Below, one piece after another: positions 1 to 7,970 of a DNA stretch of 32,000 bases (within the stretch, counting starts at the first letter, position 1; each line of letters opens with the position of its first letter). Source of the stretch: Gemmata obscuriglobus (GTDB taxonomy: Bacteria; Planctomycetota; Planctomycetia; Gemmatales; Gemmataceae); contig NZ_CP042911.1 of the NCBI RefSeq assembly GCF_008065095.1, positions 420,001 through 452,000 on the forward strand, in the 5' to 3' direction. The translations under genes were made by a program, and so were the position numbers. The notes beneath the pieces were generated by a model. That model saw nothing but the letters and a program-made list of their open reading frames with translations. It was not told the origin of the DNA and searched no databases.

Positions 1-637
1 TCTCGCCGTTGAACGGCCGCAGCCCGGTCACCATCTCGTACAGGATGACGCCGCACGCGTAGATGTCGATGCTCGCGGTGTAGTTCCCGTTCTTGATCTC
101 GGGCGCCATGTAGTAGGGCGTGCCCACCCCGCGGCTCAGCTCGTCGCGCTCGCTCCCGCTGATCCGCCGCGACAGCCCGTAGTCGCCGATCTTGAGCTGC
201 CCGTGCTCGATGAAGATGTTCCCGGGCTTCAGGTCGCGGTGGACGACGCCCTGGTTGTGGAGGTAGCCGACCCCGCGGCACAGCGCCGCGAACCACTCGC
301 GCACCACGGGCGTGGGGAGCCCGGTGGGGTGCTTGTTGATGACGTGCGCGAGTGACTCGCCGAACACGTACTCCATGACCACCCAGTGCTCCCCGCGGGG
401 GTCGGTCCGCAGGTCGAACAGGTGTACCAGGTTCGGGTGCTTGAGGTTGAGGCAGTGGCCGACGCCGCGGAGTTCGGCGTCCGTGCTGTTGCACAGCAGC
501 TTGAGCGCGACCTCCTTGCCGCCGTCGCTGACGGCGAAGTACACTTCGCCGAACGCGCCCCGGCCGACGCCCCGCTTGAGGGTGAACCCGTCGAGCGGGC
601 GCTGCCCGGACCGGTAGGTGAACTTCATCGCGGCCAT
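1..637 (-). CDS. Hanks-type Ser/Thr protein kinase, N-terminal catalytic domain (partial, continues past left window edge)
   Basis: Absent from the ORF track because it runs off the window. Reverse-strand translation from the ATG at 637-635 gives MAAMKFTYRSGQRPLDGFTLKRGVGRGAFGEVYFAVSDGGKEVALKLL...VVHRDLKPGNIFIE...KIGDYGLSR...GTPYYMAPE...DIYACGVILYEMVTG. The glycine loop, VAxK lysine, HRDLKPxN catalytic loop, D(F/Y)G and APE motifs occur in the correct order. Confidence 0.9.
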   Translation of the reverse strand, partial: MAAMKFTYRSGQRPLDGFTLKRGVGRGAFGEVYFAVSDGGKEVALKLLCNSTDAELRGVGHCLNLKHPNLVHLFDLRTDPRGEHWVVMEYVFGESLAHVINKHPTGLPTPVVREWFAALCRGVGYLHNQGVVHRDLKPGNIFIEHGQLKIGDYGLSRRISGSERDELSRGVGTPYYMAPEIKNGNYTASIDIYACGVILYEMVTGLRPFNGE

Positions 638-860
638 TACGGACCCCTGCGGCGGGGGGCGCACCACCCCTCTCATTCCTAATGATTCGCACGCCCGGCA
701 CAGACATTGGAACAAAAATCCGGCGCCGCGGCGGTGGGGCCATTATAACGCCTTCGCGCCCGCGCGGAGCAACACGCTTGCCCCGCGCGGGCCGCGGCGT
801 AGAACACCGCCGGTCGGGTGCGGGCCGGGTGGCCCGCTCCCCACTCTCGGAGGACCGACG

Positions 861-1256
861 ATGAAGAAGCTCGCGCTCGCTGCGTTCGTGTTCGGGCTGG
901 TCGGGATGCTCGCGCTCGCCGGCACCGCCCGCGCGGCGGACAAGAACGACGCCACCGGCACCTGGAAGGTCACCGCCAAGTTCGGCAAGAAGGACGTGGA
1001 ATCGACCTGGAAGCTGGAGAGCAAGGACGGCAAGCTCACCGGCACCGTTACGATGAACAAGGGGGAGGTCAAGATCGAGGACGGGAAGATCAAGGACGGC
1101 GAGTTCTCGTTCAGCGTGACCCGTGAGATCAAGGAGAACAAGGTGACCAGCAAGTACGCGGGCAAGGTCACCGGGGACACGATCAAGGGCACCGCGACCA
1201 CCAGCTTCAACGACAAAGAGTTCAAGAGCGACTTCGACGGCAAGCGCGAAAAGTAA
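861..1256 (+). CDS. small secreted Lys/Thr/Gly-rich beta-repeat protein (hypothetical)
   Basis: The ATG at 861 is preceded by GGAGGA (849-854). The product starts MKKLALAAFVFGLVGMLALAGTARA-ADKND, a signal peptide with an AxA site. It then shows repeated strand-like units (TGTWKVTAKFG, KLTGTVTM, GKVTGDTIKGTAT). The longer 618 start in the track adds an Arg/Pro-rich, non-protein-like leader. Confidence 0.75.
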   Translation: MKKLALAAFVFGLVGMLALAGTARAADKNDATGTWKVTAKFGKKDVESTWKLESKDGKLTGTVTMNKGEVKIEDGKIKDGEFSFSVTREIKENKVTSKYAGKVTGDTIKGTATTSFNDKEFKSDFDGKREK

Positions 1257-1281
1257 GAGGCACGTGAGCCGCCCGTTCGGC

Positions 1282-1306
1282 GCGGGCGCTCCGCAGAAGC
1301 GCCCGC
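1282..1306 (+). terminator. candidate stem-loop terminator after the secreted-protein gene
   Basis: GCGGGCGCT (1282-1290) pairs with AGCGCCCGC (1298-1306) across a 7-nt loop. It lies 26 nt after the stop at 1256 and is followed by GGTTCTT. The U-tract is weak. Confidence 0.35.
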
Positions 1307-1518
1307 GGTTCTTAGATCCTTTCAGCTCAAGAGCTTCGCTCGACTGCTCAGAGCGTCAACGGGACGCACTCGGGCCGATCGCTCGCTTTCCGACCTATTC
1401 GCTTTTCTATTCTTTACAAATCTTGTTGCGGCGAGTGGTGTTGAGCACGTGGCTTCAGGCTTTCGGGCGTTGCCGGCGGCAGAAAACAACAACCCAACCC
1501 AATGCGACATGACACGCC

Positions 1519-2079
1519 ATGATGACGCACCGTGACGCGCTCGAAGTGCTGGCCGCGGTCCGCAGCGACCAGGTTGTCGTGACAACAATGGGGTCGGTCG
1601 CGATCTGGCCGCAACTGTCCGACTCACCGCTCGACTTCCACTACCTGCCGTCGAGCATGGGCCAGGGGGGGCCGCTCGGGCTCGGGTTGTGCCTCGCGAA
1701 GCCGGGGCGCGGGGTGGTCGTGCTCACCGGCGACGGCGGGCTGTTGATGAACCTCGGGTGCCTGGTGACTGTTGCGCAGGTCGAGGTGCCGCTGTACATC
1801 GTGCTGATCGACAACGGGCTGTACGAGGTGACCGGCGGGCAGGCGGTTCCCAACGCGGGCGGCACCGACTTCGGGGCGATCGCGCGGGGCGCCGGGATCG
1901 GCCGCGTGTACACGTGCGACTCGCGCGCCGGGTGGGAAGCGGTCGCGGGCGAGGCGGTGGCGGGGAACGGCCCGGTGTTCGTGTGGCTGAAGGTTCAGGG
2001 GGAGCACGGGAAGCCGACGCCGGCGGCGCCGCGCCCGATGGCCGAACAGATCGCCCGGTTGCAGGACGCGCTGCGATAA
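1519..2079 (+). CDS. thiamine-diphosphate-binding protein, stand-alone C-terminal (PP-binding) module; sulfopyruvate/phosphonopyruvate decarboxylase beta-subunit-like
   Basis: 186 aa. SSMGQGGPLGLGLCLA...VVVLTGDGGLLMNLGCLVT...VLIDNGLYEVTGGQ matches the ThDP GDG-X(24-27)-N motif. Size and layout match ComE-type beta subunits. Confidence 0.8.
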   Translation: MMTHRDALEVLAAVRSDQVVVTTMGSVAIWPQLSDSPLDFHYLPSSMGQGGPLGLGLCLAKPGRGVVVLTGDGGLLMNLGCLVTVAQVEVPLYIVLIDNGLYEVTGGQAVPNAGGTDFGAIARGAGIGRVYTCDSRAGWEAVAGEAVAGNGPVFVWLKVQGEHGKPTPAAPRPMAEQIARLQDALR

Positions 2080-2571
2080 GTGCGCGACAGCCGAAATTAA
2101 GCAGCTTCTGTCCGGTGCGACTCGTTCAACACTTTGACACTGTCGCATGTGGTGGGCATGGCTGGATCTGATTCGCGGAGTCACACCCGAATGAGTCGAC
2201 TGCTTCTTTTGTCTTTGTTTGTGACAGCCGGCTACGTGCAACTCGTTGGCGGACCGCGCGTACCCGGGGCGCTGGGTCAGATCGATGCCGAAGTGCGGGT
2301 CGGCATGTCGCAAGCCGAGGCGGTCGCGGTTATCCGGGCACACGACCTTCACGGAGCCGAGGCGTTTTTTACGGGGGAGACGCATGACGGAAAGCAGGTA
2401 GCGGGGTTCTCTCGCGCAACGCTCGATGACCTGCCCGCGGGTGATCAGATGGCCGGTTTCGATGTCTCCATTGACGATCGCGGCCGACATTTGGAAGTGA
2501 CCTTCGGGCTGGGTGGCGCGGTGACCGCGGTGGAACTGACATCATGCCGCTGGTTCGGGGAAACGTGGTGG

Positions 2572-2580
2572 CTCGCGTGC
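2572..2580. repeat. target-site duplication, left copy (CTCGCGTGC)
   Basis: The identical 9-mer CTCGCGTGC directly abuts the outer end of both IS inverted repeats (2572-2580 and 3889-3897). Confidence 0.9.
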
Positions 2581-2601
2581 CAGGGCAAACGCACTCAATC
2601 C
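2581..2601. repeat. IS terminal inverted repeat (CAGGGCAAACGCACTCAATCC)
   Basis: This is the exact reverse complement of 3868-3888 (GGATTGAGTGCGTTTGCCCTG). Confidence 0.93.
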
Positions 2602-3740
2602 TCGGGATTTTTCAGTAGTACCTGTTCGAGGTAGGTATTATCCCATCCGGCCTTGAGTCGCCGGTTCTTGATCCCACATTTGGCGTTTGCCTTCTTCAAC
2701 ATCGCCAAGGCGATCTTGCGCACGAGGGCCATATTCTGCGGGCCGTGCCCTTCACGGAGTCGGTGGTCGTCTTCTCGGAACGCGACATCCAGCACCCAAT
2801 GGCATGAATTCTCGATGCACCAATGAGCCCGGATCCACGTTTGGAACCGCTTGGCCGATGCCTTCCGCGAGCTGATGTAATACCGCACCTCGTCGCTCGT
2901 CCTACCGGCGACCGTGCGGCTGCTGACGAGCACCACGACGGACCGCAACCGGGGCCACACATTCCGGTCCCGGATCGACTCCAGGTCGTCGATCACGAAG
3001 CAGAACCGCATCTCCTCGCGCCCGTGGCCCGTTCCTTCGTTGAGGTCGGTCGAGCGGCCCGCGTAGCTCGCCTCTAGGGCCCCCTCGGCCAACCGCTGGA
3101 TGTCCTCGAGCAGCCGCGGCTGGTTGTCCTTGACCGCCAGCAGGTAGTCCCCCTTGGCGGCCACGATCTGCTGGGCGATGTCCTTCTGGGTGCCCATCGC
3201 GTCGATGCTCACCAGGGCCCCCGCGAGGTCCAGCCGCTCCAGCAGTTCCGGGATCGCGGTGATCTCGTTGGACTTCTCGTCGGTCTTCACCTGGGCCAAC
3301 GTGAGGCCCAACTGCTGAGCCCATGCGCTGACGATGTGTGTGGCCTTGCGAGCCCCCGTGCCGGTGACCCGCTTGGACCCCCGCATGGTCTTCCCGTCGA
3401 TCGGGATGTGGGGCACCCGGAGGCCCTCGGCGGCGTCCGCGACCCACGCCCGGAAGCACCGCCCGAACGCCTCCGGGCGGACCAGCGCGAACACCCGGTT
3501 GAGGGTGTCGTGGGACGGAATCCCGTTGCGCAGCGTCAGCCCCAGCCGGTCCCGGAACCAGGACTCCTTGGCCCGCGCGAACTCGGCGATCGACACGAAG
3601 TCATCGGCCCCGACGATCGTCCCACAGGTCACGATCATGAGTACATCAATCAAGTCGTGGAAGCACTTCAACTCGACCCGCGGATCCGGGATCTGGGACA
3701 GGTACTCGATTAACGGGCGTGGGCCGGGGGCGGCACTCAT
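2595..3740 (-). CDS. ISAs1-family (H-repeat-associated) DDE transposase
   Basis: The product contains LSQIPDPRVELKCFHDLIDVLMIV, IPIDGKTMRGS, VSAWA...KTDEKSNEITAIPELLERLDL..ALVSIDAMGTQKDIAQQI...GDYLLAVKDNQ and IRAHWCIENSCHWVLDVAFREDD. These closely parallel E. coli H-repeat/ISAs1 transposases (e.g. YhhI: KTDEKSNEITAIPELL, AIRAHWHVENRLHWVLDV). Start chosen at MSAAPGPRPL (3740); the track start at 3839 is also inside the IS. Confidence 0.93.
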   Translation of the reverse strand: MSAAPGPRPLIEYLSQIPDPRVELKCFHDLIDVLMIVTCGTIVGADDFVSIAEFARAKESWFRDRLGLTLRNGIPSHDTLNRVFALVRPEAFGRCFRAWVADAAEGLRVPHIPIDGKTMRGSKRVTGTGARKATHIVSAWAQQLGLTLAQVKTDEKSNEITAIPELLERLDLAGALVSIDAMGTQKDIAQQIVAAKGDYLLAVKDNQPRLLEDIQRLAEGALEASYAGRSTDLNEGTGHGREEMRFCFVIDDLESIRDRNVWPRLRSVVVLVSSRTVAGRTSDEVRYYISSRKASAKRFQTWIRAHWCIENSCHWVLDVAFREDDHRLREGHGPQNMALVRKIALAMLKKANAKCGIKNRRLKAGWDNTYLEQVLLKNPED

Positions 3741-3867
3741 CGGCAGACTCCGAGGCGGTGAGGGCGCGCCAGAATCATATGGAGGCGGGGCCGCACATGC
3801 GCAGGAGGCGAGCGATGGCCGCTCGATCACACGCCTCAAAATTAGCTAGAATCCAGCGATTCCTAGG

Positions 3868-3888
3868 GGATTGAGTGCGTTTGCCCTG
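3868..3888. repeat. IS terminal inverted repeat (right end)
   Basis: GGATTGAGTGCGTTTGCCCTG is the reverse complement of 2581-2601. Confidence 0.93.
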
Positions 3889-3897
3889 CTCGCGTGC
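3889..3897. repeat. target-site duplication, right copy (CTCGCGTGC)
   Basis: Identical to 2572-2580. Confidence 0.9.
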
Positions 3898-4041
3898 TCT
3901 CGCCCGATCTACCCGCTAATCGTGCTTGGGGTATTGGTGTGGTGGGTCATGAGGCGAGGTGGCTGGCTCCTCACGTTGTGCTTTTGCCTGTTGTCGATGG
4001 CTCTGATATTTACCGCCTGCTTTCCCCGTTCGCCGAAGTAA
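3898..4041 (+). pseudogene. 3-prime fragment of the IS-split gene (C-terminal TM hairpin)
   Basis: IS plus TSD is 1317 bp, a multiple of 3, so the frame is the same as 2191..2580. Translation gives SRPIYPLIVLGVLVWWVMRRGGWLLTLCFCLLSMALIFTACFPRSPK followed by TAA at 4039-4041. That is two hydrophobic helices with no start codon of their own. Confidence 0.75.
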
Positions 4042-4091
4042 CACACGCGAAACGGAGTGGCGATTCGCCTGGAGGGTTATGCGTGCCCAAC

Positions 4092-5012
4092 TCACGCCGC
4101 AACGCGGCCGACGTCGATTTGCGCGGCCTGGAGCCGGGCGGCGAGGATCGGCTTCTTCGCCTTCAGCACCAGCACCCGCCCCATGATCCGCTCGAGGAGC
4201 ACCAGCGGGAGCAGGCGCCAGACGTAGGGTAGTTCGCCGCGCCGCAAATGCCGCTTCGACACGCGGTGCTCACCGAACCGCCGGAAGTGCCGCACCAGTT
4301 CGCGGGCCGTCGCTTTCGGAGCAGTTGTGGGGTCCGCGGGGCGCCGCCAGTACAACCACTGAAGGGGCAACAGGACGCTCTGCCAGAACGCCGTGTCGTA
4401 GTGCGCGGGGAACAGCCCGATGAGCTTGCCGCCCGGCTTCAGCACGCGAAACAGCTCGTCGATGCGGAGCGGGTTCGGTTCGGCCGCGTCGTACAGGGCG
4501 TTCCAGGTCACGACGTCGAACGCCCCGTCGGCGAACGGCAGCCGCGGGCCGGCGAGTGCGACGAACTCGCCCGTCAGCCCGTTGCGGTCGAAGTTCTCGC
4601 GGATCAGGTCGGGGCGCTCGTCCGGGGCGGTTGCGACGGTGACGCTCGTTCCGGTGCGGGCGTAGGCGGCGGCGTCGATGCCCAGCCCGCACCCGAGCAC
4701 CAGGAGCGATTCGCCGGGGTGGCGGCCGAACTCCAGCGCTTTGGGGAGCCAGCGGCCGTGGCGCTGGTATCGTTTTTGCTCCAGCTCCTCGAACCAGGCC
4801 GCGGAGTAGGGCTCGTAGTTGCGCCGGCCGGGGCGCACGGCGGACGGACGGATCAGCTCGCGGGTGGCGGCGACGTGCGGGTCCGGGAGCGGGGCGGGCA
4901 ACGGCGGGACCGGCAGCTCCGCCGTCTCCGGCGGGCCAGCGAACAACTTCAGGTTACCGGTCTCGCTCTCCATTGGGGCGCACCGCAGCAACGCAGGGTC
5001 AGATGTGGTCAC
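4092..5012 (-). CDS. class I SAM-dependent methyltransferase
   Basis: Motif I is LLVLGCGLGIDAAAYA. Downstream are FDVVTWNALY and LKPGGKLIGLF, consistent with a Methyltransf_11-like fold. GTG start at 5012; an alternative ATG (MESETGNL) lies at 4973. Confidence 0.8.
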   Translation of the reverse strand: MTTSDPALLRCAPMESETGNLKLFAGPPETAELPVPPLPAPLPDPHVAATRELIRPSAVRPGRRNYEPYSAAWFEELEQKRYQRHGRWLPKALEFGRHPGESLLVLGCGLGIDAAAYARTGTSVTVATAPDERPDLIRENFDRNGLTGEFVALAGPRLPFADGAFDVVTWNALYDAAEPNPLRIDELFRVLKPGGKLIGLFPAHYDTAFWQSVLLPLQWLYWRRPADPTTAPKATARELVRHFRRFGEHRVSKRHLRRGELPYVWRLLPLVLLERIMGRVLVLKAKKPILAARLQAAQIDVGRVAA

Positions 5013-5098
5013 GCGATAGCGGTGAGGGAAAAATGGGTCAAGAGCGAGATCACGCGACTCGGGCGTCGGGTAGCGGCGGGCGCACGGGGGCGAATCGC

Positions 5099-6310
5099 AT
5101 GAGTCGTTTCTGGAACGCGATGAAGCGCACCGTGACCGGCGACGCCAGCCCGCCGCCGGACCTGGAACAGGCGCTCGACGCGGTGCGCGGGAAGACGCCG
5201 GCGCCGGTGTTCTGGCTGCTCGGGAAGACGCAATCGGGCAAGACCTCGCTGGTCCGGTTCCTCACCGGGGCCGAGGACGCCGCGATCGGCTCCGGGTTCC
5301 GCCCGTGCACCAAAACCTCCCGGCTGTACCAGTTCCCCACGAGCGACGCCCCGCTGCTCACGTTCCTCGACACCCGCGGCGTGGACGAACCGGGCTACGA
5401 CCCGGCCGAGGACATCGCCCAGTTCGACCGGCAGGCGCACGTCGTGGTCGTCACCGCAAAGGCGACCGACTTCGGCCAGGGCAACGTGCGCCACGCCCTC
5501 GAGCGCATCCGCGCGGCGAGCCCGTCGCGCCCGGTGATCCTGGCGGTCACCTGCCTGCACGAGACGATCCCGCGGAAGCCGCACCCCACCCCATACCCCT
5601 TTGAGACACTGGCGGCACACCCGGGCGCGCCGATACCGGAAACGGTGCCGCAGCACATGCGCGAGTGCATCGAGGAGCACCGGCGGGCGTTCGCCGGGCT
5701 GTTCGACGCCTGCGTGCCGCTGGACCTGACGAAACCGGAGGACGGGTTCGCCGAGCCGAACTACGGGGGCGAACAGCTCAAGGGCGTGCTGCTCAAGATG
5801 CTGCCGGCGGCGTACCGCCAGACGCTGCTGCGGCTGAAAGAGGCAACGGACGCGCTCAAGGGCGTCCACCAGCGGCACGCGGAGCCGATCATCCTCGGGT
5901 ACACGTCACTGGCGGGCACCGCCGGGGCCGTGCCGATCCCGTTCGCGGACATGGTGATCCTGCCCGGGATCCAGGCGCGGATGGCGCACCACATCGGCCA
6001 GATTTACGGCCAGCCGCTGACGCCCGAGCGGCTGCGCGAGCTGGCCGCCGCGATCGGCGTCGGGATGCTGTCGCGGCAGCTCATCCGGCAGGCGGTGAAG
6101 CTCATCCCGGTCGTGGGCTCGGCGGTGGGCGCGACCGTCGCCGCCGCCTCGACCTACGCGCTGGGCCGAGCGCTGTGCTTCTACTTCGAGGCCGTGTGCG
6201 AGGGGCACGTCCCCACGCCGGACGCGCTGCGGAAGTTCTACCACGAGCACTACGACGCCGCCGAGAAGCAGTGGAAGGCCGACCACCCGAAGGCCGAGGC
6301 AAAGGCGTGA
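5099..6310 (+). CDS. P-loop GTPase with C-terminal DUF697-like membrane-associated domain
   Basis: G1 is LLGKTQSGKTSL and G3 is FLDTRG. The G4 position reads AVTCLHE. The C-terminal part is Gly/Ala-rich and hydrophobic (LAGTAGAVPIPFADMVILPGIQARMAHHIGQIYG; LIPVVGSAVGATVAAASTYALGRALCFYF), resembling the YcjF/DUF697 domain. Start chosen at ATG 5099 (MSRFWNAM); the longer 4973 start overlaps the divergent methyltransferase. Confidence 0.8.
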   Translation: MSRFWNAMKRTVTGDASPPPDLEQALDAVRGKTPAPVFWLLGKTQSGKTSLVRFLTGAEDAAIGSGFRPCTKTSRLYQFPTSDAPLLTFLDTRGVDEPGYDPAEDIAQFDRQAHVVVVTAKATDFGQGNVRHALERIRAASPSRPVILAVTCLHETIPRKPHPTPYPFETLAAHPGAPIPETVPQHMRECIEEHRRAFAGLFDACVPLDLTKPEDGFAEPNYGGEQLKGVLLKMLPAAYRQTLLRLKEATDALKGVHQRHAEPIILGYTSLAGTAGAVPIPFADMVILPGIQARMAHHIGQIYGQPLTPERLRELAAAIGVGMLSRQLIRQAVKLIPVVGSAVGATVAAASTYALGRALCFYFEAVCEGHVPTPDALRKFYHEHYDAAEKQWKADHPKAEAKA

Positions 6311-6383
6311 TCCCGCGGCGCCGGTATTCGCGGCGCAGACCGTTGGGAACGATTCGGACCGACCCCCGACCCGAGACCCGCGC

Positions 6384-7964
6384 ATGACCCGGTTTCGCAT
6401 CGCCCTGCTGATCGTGCTGTTCGCGGCCCCGTTCGCGTTTCTGATGGGGGCGGGCGGCTACCACCTCTGGTCCACCGGCTGGGTGCTGTGGACGTGGTGG
6501 CCGATGGTGGGGTGCATCGCGCTCGCGTACTTCCTCGCGTGGCGCTGGACCCGGCGCACCACCCTGCCCCCGACCGACGACCGGCCGGGGTACTGGACCG
6601 ACCGCGACCAGGCGGCGTGGGCGCTGGTGGTCGCCAAGGCCAACTCGTTCGAGGCCGTCAGCCCGAAGCAGCTCGAGGACCCGAAGCACTACAGCGACCT
6701 CGCGCTGGACCTCGCGAAGCAGGTCGCGGAGCAGTACAACCCCGGGGCGGGCGACCCGTTCGAGCACCTCACGCTCCCCGAGGTGCTGGCGTGCATCGAG
6801 CTGGCGTCGGCGGACCTCGACGAGCTGGTGCAGAAGTACGTGCCCGGGTCGCACATGCTGCGCATCCGCGACATGAAGCGGGCGCGCAAGGCGGTCGAGT
6901 ACTACAAGATGGGGCAGAACATCTACTGGGCCGGGGCGGCGCTGCTCGACCCGCTCCAGACGGCGCTGCGGTACCTGGCCTCGAAGGCCGCGCTGGGGAC
7001 CATGCTGGACCGGCTCCAGAACAACGTGATCCTGTGGTTCCACACCGCGTTCATTCACCACCTGGGCCGGTACCTCATCGAGCTGAACAGCGGGCGGCTG
7101 CGGGTGGGGGTGAAGCGGTACCGCGAGCTGCTCGCCGAGCGCCAGCCGCCCCCCGCCGACGACCCGGCCGCCCGGCCCGCGGCCTCGACGGCGCAGATCG
7201 GCGACGTGACCGTCACCGCCGCGGCCAACACCGCGACCGGCCCCAAGGCCATCACGATCGGCGTTCTCGGGTCCGTGAAGGCCGGCAAATCGAGCCTCGT
7301 GAACGCCCTGCTCGGCCGCGCGGCGGCCAAGGTGGACCGCCTGCCGGTCACCGCGGGGGTGCGGTACGACTACACGCTCCCCGACGGGCAGCCGGTCAGC
7401 GTCCTCGACACCAGCGGGTACGGGCAGGACGGCCCGAGTGACGTGGACTTCGCCGCCGCCGCCGAGGCGTCCCGCGACGCCGACCTGATCCTGCTGGTCA
7501 CGCAGGCCACGGTCCCGGGCCGGCAGAACGACGTGGACCTGCTGGCCCGGCTGCGGGCGTGGTTCGCGGACAAGCCGCACCTGAAGATGCCGCCGGTGGC
7601 GGTGGCGGTGTCGCACGTGGACCTGCTGAGCCCCAAGGCCGAGTGGGCGCCGCCCTACGACTGGCGGGCCGGCACCCGGCCCAAGGAGGTCAACATCCGC
7701 GAGTGCGTGGCGGTGGCGCGGGAGCAGTTCGACACGTTCACCAAGGACGTGGTGCCGGTGTGCGGGCTGGAGAACGAGTCGTTCGGGGTGGCGGACGGGC
7801 TGGTGCCCGCGATCGTGTCCCACCTCGACCACGCCCGCGGCACGGCAGTGCTGAAGGCGTTCGAGGCGGAGGCGGGGGCCGGGAAGTACGACAAGCTCCG
7901 CGACCAGGCGCTCGCAGGCGGCAAGCAGGTGCTGAACATCCTGCGGGACGTGTTCAAGAAGTAG
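6384..7964 (+). CDS. membrane-anchored P-loop GTPase (two N-terminal TM helices, helical domain, C-terminal G domain)
   Basis: The N-terminus MTRFRIALLIVLFAAPFAFLMGAGGYHLWSTGWVLWTWWPMVGCIALAYFLAW gives two TM segments. Later come G1 VLGSVKAGKSSLVNAL, G3 VLDTSG and the G4 position AVSHVD. Confidence 0.8.
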   Translation: MTRFRIALLIVLFAAPFAFLMGAGGYHLWSTGWVLWTWWPMVGCIALAYFLAWRWTRRTTLPPTDDRPGYWTDRDQAAWALVVAKANSFEAVSPKQLEDPKHYSDLALDLAKQVAEQYNPGAGDPFEHLTLPEVLACIELASADLDELVQKYVPGSHMLRIRDMKRARKAVEYYKMGQNIYWAGAALLDPLQTALRYLASKAALGTMLDRLQNNVILWFHTAFIHHLGRYLIELNSGRLRVGVKRYRELLAERQPPPADDPAARPAASTAQIGDVTVTAAANTATGPKAITIGVLGSVKAGKSSLVNALLGRAAAKVDRLPVTAGVRYDYTLPDGQPVSVLDTSGYGQDGPSDVDFAAAAEASRDADLILLVTQATVPGRQNDVDLLARLRAWFADKPHLKMPPVAVAVSHVDLLSPKAEWAPPYDWRAGTRPKEVNIRECVAVAREQFDTFTKDVVPVCGLENESFGVADGLVPAIVSHLDHARGTAVLKAFEAEAGAGKYDKLRDQALAGGKQVLNILRDVFKK

Positions 7965-7970
7965 GGTGAA

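Larger units (their letters stand above)
2191..2634 (+). pseudogene. 5-prime fragment of a hypothetical membrane-anchored protein, truncated by IS insertion (native sequence ends at 2580)
   Basis: The ORF (track 2134..2634; probable ATG at 2191, MSRLLLLSLFVTAGY...) reads ...GETWWLAC up to 2580. It then runs into the IS inverted repeat (GKRTQSSGFF...) and stops. Its continuation is found in the same frame after the IS (see 3898..4041). Confidence 0.8.
2581..3888 (-). mobile_element. ISAs1-family insertion sequence, apparently intact (1308 bp)
   Basis: It is bounded by perfect 21-bp terminal inverted repeats and flanked by a perfect 9-bp direct repeat. It contains one transposase ORF whose stop lies inside the left IR. 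Confidence 0.93.

Noticed and set aside
312-682. Plus-strand ORFs 312..617 and 386..682
   Set aside because: They are antisense to the clearly recognisable kinase catalytic domain on the minus strand, so they are shadow frames.
1264-1512. 82-aa ORF between the secreted-protein gene and the ThDP-protein gene
   Set aside because: There is no RBS. It spans a terminator-like hairpin and a lower-GC stretch, and the translation is not protein-like.
6102-7832. 576-aa minus-strand ORF antisense to the second GTPase gene
   Set aside because: The composition is extremely Arg/Pro/Gly/His-rich with no motifs. This is the typical antisense shadow frame of GC-rich DNA, and the sense-strand GTPase has clear motifs.
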